Assembly (NCBI GenBank): GCA_048941265.1
Contig: JBHLNT010000005.1
Span: 1-64,000 of the forward strand
Length of the DNA stretch: 64,000 bases
Direction: 5' to 3'
Source of the DNA: Promethearchaeota archaeon
GTDB taxonomy: Archaea; Asgardarchaeota; Lokiarchaeia; Sigyniarchaeales; SOKP01
Shown here: positions 29,850 through 37,929 of the stretch, in pieces
Layout of the letters: every line of letters starts with the position of its first letter
Numbering within the stretch: position 1 is the stretch's first letter
Made by a program: the position numbers and the translations under genes
The notes under the pieces: model-generated
Databases searched by the model: none
Told to the model about the DNA's origin: nothing
Seen by the model: only the letters and a program-made list of their open reading frames with translations

Positions 29850-30881
29850 ATGGAATCTGAGATAGCAGGCATAATAGTTGCAGTTTTAATCACTTTAGCT
29901 ATAGGATTAGCGTTTTCTATTGGGGCAAATGATGAAACGTCAGCACCCTTAGCCGCTGCGGGAACATTAAAAATAAGAATGGTTTTGATAGTTGGGGGCG
30001 CAGCAATAGCATTTGGTACCATCTTTTTATCCCAAGGAGTCGCGAGTATGGTCGGAGAAAAAATTTTGGGACCAGGGATTAAATACACTATATTTATGCT
30101 ATTTGCTGTACTGATTAGCAGTATTTTGTGGTTAGTCATCGGATCTTTTGCCGGTATACCTTTATCCAGTACTCATAGTCTTATAGGGAGTATTTTTGGG
30201 GTTGTTATTGTATACGCTTTATTTTATGGAGGTGTTGATCCTGCCACAGCTTTTAATTGGGAAAAGTTAGGAACTGTAGTGATATCTTGGTTTTTAAGCC
30301 CTTTATTTGGTCTTTTAGTGACATACGGATTATATAAGCTAATTGAGAAGCTTTATTTATCAAAAAAGAAAGGACTAAGTGAAATCGAGAAGTCTGAAAA
30401 GAATTTTGCTGGAGCTCTTTTAGCAGCTATAATCTTTGCTGAAATTTGGGTTGGAGCAAATTCAGCTGAGGCGCTGGGTATATTATATGCATTATATAGC
30501 AATGGAGAAATAGATTTGGCTACCTATTATTTTTTTGTGGTAATATGCGCAATTTTAGCATTTTTAGGATTATATATTGCAGGTCGTTATGTGATTCGTA
30601 ATTTAGCGAGTCAACTGACGGATGCCCGTCCTTCTGATGGTTTTATCATACAACTCAGCTCTGCTATAATATTAATGTTTTGTACAGTTATATATAGCGT
30701 CCCGATAAGTCATAGTCATGTAATTGTATTTTGTATTATTGGTTTAAATATTGCTCAAAAAAAAGAAGTAGATTATGCAAAATTAGGTAAAATGTTTATT
30801 TTTTGGGTCTTAACATTTCCATTGGCAGCCATTATGGCTGGACTTATTTACTTCGGATTTCTTTCATTTGGATTTTACTAA
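29850..30881 (+). CDS. Inorganic phosphate transporter, PiT family
   Basis: GAND motif, GIPLSSTHSLIG, second GANS, PISHSH. Confidence 0.88.
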   Translation: MESEIAGIIVAVLITLAIGLAFSIGANDETSAPLAAAGTLKIRMVLIVGGAAIAFGTIFLSQGVASMVGEKILGPGIKYTIFMLFAVLISSILWLVIGSFAGIPLSSTHSLIGSIFGVVIVYALFYGGVDPATAFNWEKLGTVVISWFLSPLFGLLVTYGLYKLIEKLYLSKKKGLSEIEKSEKNFAGALLAAIIFAEIWVGANSAEALGILYALYSNGEIDLATYYFFVVICAILAFLGLYIAGRYVIRNLASQLTDARPSDGFIIQLSSAIILMFCTVIYSVPISHSHVIVFCIIGLNIAQKKEVDYAKLGKMFIFWVLTFPLAAIMAGLIYFGFLSFGFY

Positions 30882-30952
30882 TCTATATAAAATATATATT
30901 TCTATATATATTATTTAATAAATGGAAAAAAAAAACGTCAAAGTGGCATAAA

Positions 30953-31645
30953 TTGGGTTCATTAATCGAATATTTCAAAAAAAAAACCGCAGAAAACGTG
31001 CTGGAAAAAGCCATAAAACATGCTCAAAAAGTACAGGATTGTGTAAAAGAACTTGATAAAGGTATTAAAATCCTATTAAAAGACAAAAATATTGAAAAAT
31101 CTCATGATATCTTTCATAATGTCGACTTATTAGAAGGGGAATCGGATACTCTCAGAAGAGATATATTAGCGGATATCTCAAAAGGAGAATTAAATCCCAG
31201 CGTGAGATTAGATTTATCACATTTAATAAAACGATTGGATGATGTAGCCAATTGTGCAAACGGAGTAGCCAGAAGAATCGCAACAATTCCAAGCCTTTTT
31301 TGGGAGCAAAGTAGTGCAAAATCAATAGAATTAATAACAAATATGATGAAAATTACTGTAGAATGCGGTGATTACTTGGATAAAATGGTACTTGATTTAT
31401 TAGGTGAGAGAAAGAATTTAAAAGAGTATAATAGACAAATAAATATTCTCGAACATAAAGTAGATTTACTAAATATTGATTTAAGGGGAAGTCTTCAAGA
31501 AACTGAATATAATAAAATCAATGCATTTACAATTTTTACAGTAGGAAACACGATAGACATTTTGGAAGCAATATCAGACTCGATGGAAGTTGTAGCGGAT
31601 TATATCATGCTTTTAATGAGAAGTGCAAGTGCAAGTTCATTATAA
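30953..31645 (+). CDS. DUF47 family phosphate transport regulator
   Basis: LEGESDTLRR, LDDVAN, LEHKVD, ISDSMEVVAD; TTG at 30953 is the likely start. Confidence 0.85.
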   Translation: MGSLIEYFKKKTAENVLEKAIKHAQKVQDCVKELDKGIKILLKDKNIEKSHDIFHNVDLLEGESDTLRRDILADISKGELNPSVRLDLSHLIKRLDDVANCANGVARRIATIPSLFWEQSSAKSIELITNMMKITVECGDYLDKMVLDLLGERKNLKEYNRQINILEHKVDLLNIDLRGSLQETEYNKINAFTIFTVGNTIDILEAISDSMEVVADYIMLLMRSASASSL

Positions 31646-31810
31646 TTTTTAAGTGATTTTTATAGTATTATGGGCTTTTTATTTAGATTAATTAAGGAAC
31701 TAATTAGCTAATTAGTACCAAATAACATCAGTTTAATAAATTCCTAATGAAAAATATAATAACTATTTGTATTCTTTATTTCAATTAGGGAACGGAAAAA
31801 AAAATATGGA

Positions 31811-33169
31811 ATGAAAATGGAACACAATTTTATACATCCAATAGAGACCCGTTATCGTACAGAAATCGCAAAATTATTTACTGAAGAAAAAAAATTGCAG
31901 AATTGGATGTTAGTAGAATCTGTATTAGCTAAGGTTCATGCCGAATTAGGCAATATACCAAAAGAGGCTGCTAAGGAAATAGAGACGGCTAGAAAAAAAG
32001 TAAAATTGGAAAGAGTAAAACAAATTGATAACGAGATCCATCATGATCTAATGGCTATGGTTAAAGCTTTGGCAGAGCAATGTAAGGGAGATGCTGGTAA
32101 CTATATTCATTTAGGAGCAACTAGCTATGATATTGAAGATACCGCTATAGCATTACAACTGAAAGAAGCATTACATTTTATAAAGGATTCTCTATTGGAA
32201 TTATTAAAAGTATTAATTAGATTAATGGAAGAGAATAAAAAGCTTGTGTGCATAGCACGAACTCATGGTCAGCATGCAATTCCAACTACATATGGAATGA
32301 GATTTGGGGTTTGGGCTTATGAAATAGATAGATATTTAGAGAGAATATCTGAAACGCTAAACCGGATTTCATTCGGAAAAATGTCTGGAGCTGTTGGTAC
32401 CATGGCAAGTTTTGGTGAGAAAGGAATTCAAATTCAGGAGGCGGTTATGAAAAAACTAGGTTTAAATCCCGTCTTAATTGCAAACCAAATACTTCAGAGA
32501 GATCGTCATGCTGAGGTAATTCTCTTAACATCGATGATAGGACAGACCTTAGCGAAAATAGCTACAGAACAGAGAATCTTGCAACGTAATGAAATTGGAG
32601 AAATGTTTGAGCCTTTTAAGAAGAGTCAAGTAGGAAGCTCCACTATGCCACATAAAAGAAATCCCCATAAATCTGAGCGAATTTGTAGTTTAGCACGAGT
32701 GATAAAATCAAATGCGATAGTGGCCCTTGATAATATGGTGTTAGAAGATGAGAGAGATTTAACCAACTCAGCATCCGAACGAGTAATTTTTGCCGAAAAC
32801 TTCATATTTCTCGATTTTATCATAAACCAACTCACACAAATTTTCCAAGGAATAGAATTTAATGAAGCAAAAATCGAATCGAATCTTAATCTTACGAAAG
32901 GAGCGGCCTTGACCGAGAAAATAATGGTTGAATTGGTAAAGAAAGGAATTGGAAGACAGGAAGGGCATGAAATCTTAAGACAGGCTGCTATTCAGGCTCG
33001 AAATGAGGATATCAATATGAAAGATATCTTAGTTAACCATGATAAGATAAAAGGCAAATTCACAAAAGAAGAATTAGATGAGATTTTAAATCCTCATAGT
33101 TATATCGGAAAGGCAGTTGAACAGGTAGAAAATTTAACAAAAATTCTAAAAAACAAATATAAAATATAA
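31811..33169 (+). CDS. purB: Adenylosuccinate lyase
   Basis: HLGATS, RTHGQHA, GSSTMPHKRNP signature. Confidence 0.96.
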   Translation: MKMEHNFIHPIETRYRTEIAKLFTEEKKLQNWMLVESVLAKVHAELGNIPKEAAKEIETARKKVKLERVKQIDNEIHHDLMAMVKALAEQCKGDAGNYIHLGATSYDIEDTAIALQLKEALHFIKDSLLELLKVLIRLMEENKKLVCIARTHGQHAIPTTYGMRFGVWAYEIDRYLERISETLNRISFGKMSGAVGTMASFGEKGIQIQEAVMKKLGLNPVLIANQILQRDRHAEVILLTSMIGQTLAKIATEQRILQRNEIGEMFEPFKKSQVGSSTMPHKRNPHKSERICSLARVIKSNAIVALDNMVLEDERDLTNSASERVIFAENFIFLDFIINQLTQIFQGIEFNEAKIESNLNLTKGAALTEKIMVELVKKGIGRQEGHEILRQAAIQARNEDINMKDILVNHDKIKGKFTKEELDEILNPHSYIGKAVEQVENLTKILKNKYKI

Positions 33170-33176
33170 TTAAATT

Positions 33177-34355
33177 ATGGCCGATAATGAACATATTTAT
33201 TCCCAATTAGGAGTGTCATCTAAAAAAGAAGATGTCCATAAAGCAATAGAAAAGCTCGATAAAGGTTTATTTCCGGGAGCATTTTGCAAAATAGTGGAAG
33301 ATGTTAGCGGTCGGCCTGACTATTGTTCTATCTTTCATTCGGACGGTGCGGGCACTAAATCGAGTTTAGCGTATATGTATTACAAGGAAACGGGAGATAG
33401 CTCAGTGTTTCGAGGGGTAGTAAGAGATGCCATTGTAATGAATATTGATGATATGTTGTGTGTAGGGGCTACTGGACCTATGTTTTTATCTAATAATCTT
33501 GGTAGAAACCAGACATATATATCTGGACAAATTGTTGCAACGATAATTGATGAGTACAACGAATATAGTAAAAAATTAAGCTCATTAGGATTGAGAACAA
33601 TAATGTGCGGGGGTGAAACGGCTGATATTGGAGATGTAGTAAGGACCTTAGTAATTGATGCATCAGTATTTACAACAATGAGACGAGAACACGTGATTAA
33701 TGCTGCCAACATACAGACCGATGATGTGATAATAGGATTTGCGAGCTATGGTAAGGCATCATACGAAGAAGAATATAATAGTGGAATTGGGAGTAATGGA
33801 TTAACATTAGCCCGCCATGGCACCATCCAGCATGAATATTATACGAAGTATCCCGAATGTTTTAATAAAGATATTGATGAAAAGCTTTTATTTTTTGGAA
33901 ATTACCGATTAACTGATAAAATAGAGAAGCTTCAACTGACAGTTGGTAAGGCTCTATTATCTCCGACGAGAACATATGCTCCAATTTTATTAGATACCCT
34001 GAAGGAATATAGAAAAGAAATTCATGGCATAATCCATAATACAGGGGGTGGTCAAACTAAAAATCTTCATTACGGAAAGGGAATAAAATATCTCAAAAAT
34101 AATCTCTTTAATCCTCCAAAAATCTTTGAAGTAATCCAAAATTCATCCGAAACTCAGTGGAAAGAAATGTATAGTGTGTTTAATATGGGTCATAGAATGG
34201 AATTATATTGTAACGAGTCAATTGCAGGGGAGATTATTACGATTGCTAAAAAATATGATATTGAGGCGAAAATTATAGGGCAATGTGAAAAATCTCCATT
34301 TAAAGAAAAGAATGTTGTGGAAATTATGTCAGAATATGGACGTTTTATATTTTAA
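33177..34355 (+). CDS. purM: Phosphoribosylformylglycinamidine cyclo-ligase (AIR synthase)
   Basis: DGAGTK, GGETAD, GIGSNGLT, LLSPTRTY, VFNMG. Confidence 0.9.
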   Translation: MADNEHIYSQLGVSSKKEDVHKAIEKLDKGLFPGAFCKIVEDVSGRPDYCSIFHSDGAGTKSSLAYMYYKETGDSSVFRGVVRDAIVMNIDDMLCVGATGPMFLSNNLGRNQTYISGQIVATIIDEYNEYSKKLSSLGLRTIMCGGETADIGDVVRTLVIDASVFTTMRREHVINAANIQTDDVIIGFASYGKASYEEEYNSGIGSNGLTLARHGTIQHEYYTKYPECFNKDIDEKLLFFGNYRLTDKIEKLQLTVGKALLSPTRTYAPILLDTLKEYRKEIHGIIHNTGGGQTKNLHYGKGIKYLKNNLFNPPKIFEVIQNSSETQWKEMYSVFNMGHRMELYCNESIAGEIITIAKKYDIEAKIIGQCEKSPFKEKNVVEIMSEYGRFIF

Positions 34356-34369
34356 TAAGTTGAGTTGTT

Positions 34370-35329
34370 ATGACAAAAAAATTTGATGTAATATGTTCAG
34401 GGGCAGCTTTAGTTGATATGGTAGCTAAAGTTGAGAGACATCCATTAGATGACGATGAAGTGTTTGTTTCAGATTTAACCCTATTATCGGGGGGTGCCGC
34501 GGCCAATACAGCTTATGCTTGTGGTAAATTAGGATTAAAATCAGCTTTTTTAGGTAAATTAGGAGAGAATGATGTTTTTGGGAGCAAAATAATTAAAGAT
34601 TTTAATGAAGTAAAAGTTAGCACTGCGTTATTGAAATATTCGAAAAAATATGGTACAGGTTCGGCTTATGTTGCCCTCAATAAAGAGGGAGATCGTAGAA
34701 TTTATGCCCACAGTGGAGCTGCGAATTATTTATCAAAAGAAGACGTCATAGAACAAGAAGTTTTGGCTACTAAAGTAATTTTTTTAAGTAGTCTAAAAAA
34801 TCTGGAACCATTTATTAAAGTTGCTAAAATTGGTAGAAAAAATAATATACCTGTTATCTTGAATCCAGGTATGTTAATCATCGATCAAAGTCTTAAGGTT
34901 ATTAAAGAATTACTGGAAAAAATAGATATTTTTATTTTATCTCAACGAGAATTTTCCACGCTTTTAAATATTCAAGAAAAACCGGAGGAGAAAACCATAG
35001 TAGAAAACGCGAAAACACTTTTGGGACTTGGGATACATGTACTTATAGTAACTATAGGAGAAAGAGGTGCTATGTTAATAACGAATAAAAGGTCAGAATT
35101 AATTCCATCAACTAAAGTGAGCCAGGTTGTTGATACCACGGGGGCGGGTGATGCGTTTTCAGCCGGCTTTATTTATGGATTTGTAAAGAATTTAAGTTAT
35201 GCATTTGAAGATTTAAAGCATAACGTAAAAATTGGGAATTTTGTTGCTGGAAAATGCATCCAAGAGCTAGGTGCGAGAAATGGGATTCCCTCTCCAAAAG
35301 AAATAAAACAAATTCTCAACATAAAATAA
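34370..35329 (+). CDS. PfkB family carbohydrate/nucleoside kinase
   Basis: GGAAANTA; DTTGAGDAF. Confidence 0.93.
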   Translation: MTKKFDVICSGAALVDMVAKVERHPLDDDEVFVSDLTLLSGGAAANTAYACGKLGLKSAFLGKLGENDVFGSKIIKDFNEVKVSTALLKYSKKYGTGSAYVALNKEGDRRIYAHSGAANYLSKEDVIEQEVLATKVIFLSSLKNLEPFIKVAKIGRKNNIPVILNPGMLIIDQSLKVIKELLEKIDIFILSQREFSTLLNIQEKPEEKTIVENAKTLLGLGIHVLIVTIGERGAMLITNKRSELIPSTKVSQVVDTTGAGDAFSAGFIYGFVKNLSYAFEDLKHNVKIGNFVAGKCIQELGARNGIPSPKEIKQILNIK

Positions 35330-35412
35330 AATAAAAAAGTTTAAAATTTTTCAATAAAATAATTTTTTAATTAAATTTTTTAGATTTTCAAAACTTCCTT
35401 GGATGACTCAGA

Positions 35413-36471
35413 TTGACTGAGGCAAAAAATCAAATTATAGTTGAAAGGGTCAGGTTTCTTTTTGAAGTGTTTATCATCTTTTTTGGAATTACATTGTTCT
35501 CTCTTATTCCATGGTTATTACTCCCATTATTGATTAGTACTAATTCAATTTTATATGGTCCCCTCTATTATTTATTGCGAGCATTGGCAATTATTATCGC
35601 CGTTCCTTTATTTTTATTAATTTCTAATAAAGCCCTTGAATCACCTAAAAGGACTCAAATTATAAAGGAAGATACGAATCCTTCTTTAGAGTTTTTAAAA
35701 TTATATTCATTTCCAGATAAAAGTTTTAAAGATCAATTGCTATATGGTGTGTTGATTTTATTTATAATATTTATTCCCTTAGATTTTCTCGTCTATTTCT
35801 TAATTCCAGATATGTTAAAATACACGGGTGAAACTATATCTTCTCAACCAACCGATTCATATTTATTACAAAGTTATTTTGTGTTTCTATTTTCAGTAGT
35901 TATTATACAAATATGTGTTTCAATATACGAGGAATCGCTCTCAAGAGGATTTTTGACAATGAGAGGAAAGGAATATGTTCATAAGATATCTGCTGTTATT
36001 ATTGCTTCCTTATATTTCGGGTTGATGCATTTTGCTTATTTCCTTAATCCTGTAAGTAAAAATTATCCTTTCTGGTTTCCATTTATCTGGTTTTTACAGA
36101 CTTTTTTGGTCGCCATTCTCCTATCCATTTTAGTATTAAAGAAAAAAAGTTTATTCCCGGTTATTTTTGCTCATGCCCTAAATAATATTATCTCAGCTCA
36201 TGCAGTCTGGAATTATCTTCAAGGCAACGACTTTACCTTAGTAATTTATTATATGTATATTCCTTTAATGATAATTGGAGTTGTGTTGCTCATTTGGCAG
36301 TTTTCGACAATAAAAGCAGGAGTAATAGTTGTTTATGACGAACTAAGAGAGTATCTTAGACCTGATGAGAAAATAGGAGAGTCCAAAGGAGATATCTATT
36401 TTAGAATTGTTATTGATTTATTCATTGGAATTATAATTCTGGCCCTCGGATTATTTATTTTTGGAGTATAA
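35413..36471 (+). CDS. CPBP (Abi/CAAX-type) intramembrane metalloprotease
   Basis: EESLSRG, FGLMH, HALNN motifs in a multi-TM protein. Confidence 0.88.
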   Translation: MTEAKNQIIVERVRFLFEVFIIFFGITLFSLIPWLLLPLLISTNSILYGPLYYLLRALAIIIAVPLFLLISNKALESPKRTQIIKEDTNPSLEFLKLYSFPDKSFKDQLLYGVLILFIIFIPLDFLVYFLIPDMLKYTGETISSQPTDSYLLQSYFVFLFSVVIIQICVSIYEESLSRGFLTMRGKEYVHKISAVIIASLYFGLMHFAYFLNPVSKNYPFWFPFIWFLQTFLVAILLSILVLKKKSLFPVIFAHALNNIISAHAVWNYLQGNDFTLVIYYMYIPLMIIGVVLLIWQFSTIKAGVIVVYDELREYLRPDEKIGESKGDIYFRIVIDLFIGIIILALGLFIFGV

Positions 36472-36486
36472 AGAGGATTTAGCATA

Positions 36487-37008
36487 ATGGTCAAATTTGG
36501 GATAATATCTGATACACATATAACCTCTGAAGATGATCCAAAAAAAATTATAGCTCTATTAAATCAATTAAGAGAAGTCTTTAAAGATGTAGATGAAATT
36601 ATCCATGCGGGGGATGTTTGCGAAGAATTTTTTCTGGACGAGTTAAAAAAAATAGCTCCTATTAAAATCGTGATAGGAAAATTAGATAAAATAAAAAATG
36701 CCGAGGAATTTATTAAATTTAATGCTAATGTATATAATGTGGGAGTTATTCATAAGCCCCCTGAAAATATGGAAGATTTCTTTAAAAAAAACAATTTACA
36801 TATTTTAATCTTCGGCCACACTCACATACCCTTAATTAAAGGTACACAATATAATACGCTAATACTGAATCCAGGATCTCCCACATTTCCCAAGCCTCCT
36901 CCTAAAAAACCAATGTTTAAAGAGCCGGTTGCCAGGCCCAGTGTGATGACATTGGAAATCGATGAAAGCAATATATTAAAAACATTTATCATAAATCTGA
37001 AAATATAA
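36487..37008 (+). CDS. YfcE/MJ0936/Vps29 family metallophosphoesterase
   Basis: ISDTH, HAGD, FGHTH, NPGS. Confidence 0.88.
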   Translation: MVKFGIISDTHITSEDDPKKIIALLNQLREVFKDVDEIIHAGDVCEEFFLDELKKIAPIKIVIGKLDKIKNAEEFIKFNANVYNVGVIHKPPENMEDFFKKNNLHILIFGHTHIPLIKGTQYNTLILNPGSPTFPKPPPKKPMFKEPVARPSVMTLEIDESNILKTFIINLKI

Positions 37009-37114
37009 ATTTTCAAATTAAACTTAAAAAAATACGTATCAGACAACTATCACGATAGTATTATAAAATAAGCAAAATAAATTAATATATATTCATGAGA
37101 AGTAATAGGGCGCG

Positions 37115-37768
37115 ATGATGGAAAAAAAAAAGGAGACCTTATTTGCAGGACCAAAGTTAGAAGAAGAATCTTATTATTGTCGTCCAATGCAGGTTAGGGA
37201 TTTTGGAATTATTGAATGCGTTCACTGGAAATCGGCCGAACAAGTCCAAGAATACATTGATAAACAAAACATTGCTTCAATGCTGGCTTTTGATGATTTA
37301 CGTTATGTAGGGCAACTTTATTTAAAGGAATACGATCCCCGGTTTAGCGAACAAGGGGGATGGATTGGTGAACGATGTTGGGCAGATTTTCAGATTGCCG
37401 AACCTCTTGGATTGAAGGGTCGCTTTCTAACGCTTGGATGCTACCATGTTGGTCGGCTACCTAATGGTAAATACACACCTTCGTTATGGGGTCGTGGTAT
37501 AGGAAAAACATTATTGAAAGCTATAATCGAATGGTATCAATCACAGCAAGAAATTAATGGTCTCGTTTCATGGGGTTTAGTACCCGGATCGAGAAAATTA
37601 CTTCAATGGGCTGGACAGTTGCCATATACAAGCTATAAAAAGTTTGGTTTTCAAGAGATAAAAAGAGTCTATGATCCACGACTTGAACAAGCCCTTGCTG
37701 ATATTGACATAACTTCCGTAAATGAAAATATAGCTATGTTAAGGGTAATGGTATTAACAAAGGAATGA
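37115..37768 (+). CDS. GNAT-fold protein
   Basis: LGCYHVG...WGRGIGKTLL...YKKFGF. Confidence 0.7.
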   Translation: MMEKKKETLFAGPKLEEESYYCRPMQVRDFGIIECVHWKSAEQVQEYIDKQNIASMLAFDDLRYVGQLYLKEYDPRFSEQGGWIGERCWADFQIAEPLGLKGRFLTLGCYHVGRLPNGKYTPSLWGRGIGKTLLKAIIEWYQSQQEINGLVSWGLVPGSRKLLQWAGQLPYTSYKKFGFQEIKRVYDPRLEQALADIDITSVNENIAMLRVMVLTKE

Positions 37769-37929
37769 TTACGTACACAATTAATTTGTTTTTAAGAATT
37801 TCACTCTAATTTCTTCAAAATCTGATAATATGAATTGGAATAATTATAAATAGAATTTAAGATCAATATATCTTAAGTATATAATCTTGAAATAAGATAA
37901 TAAAAACCATTCTATAAAGGGGAACATGA

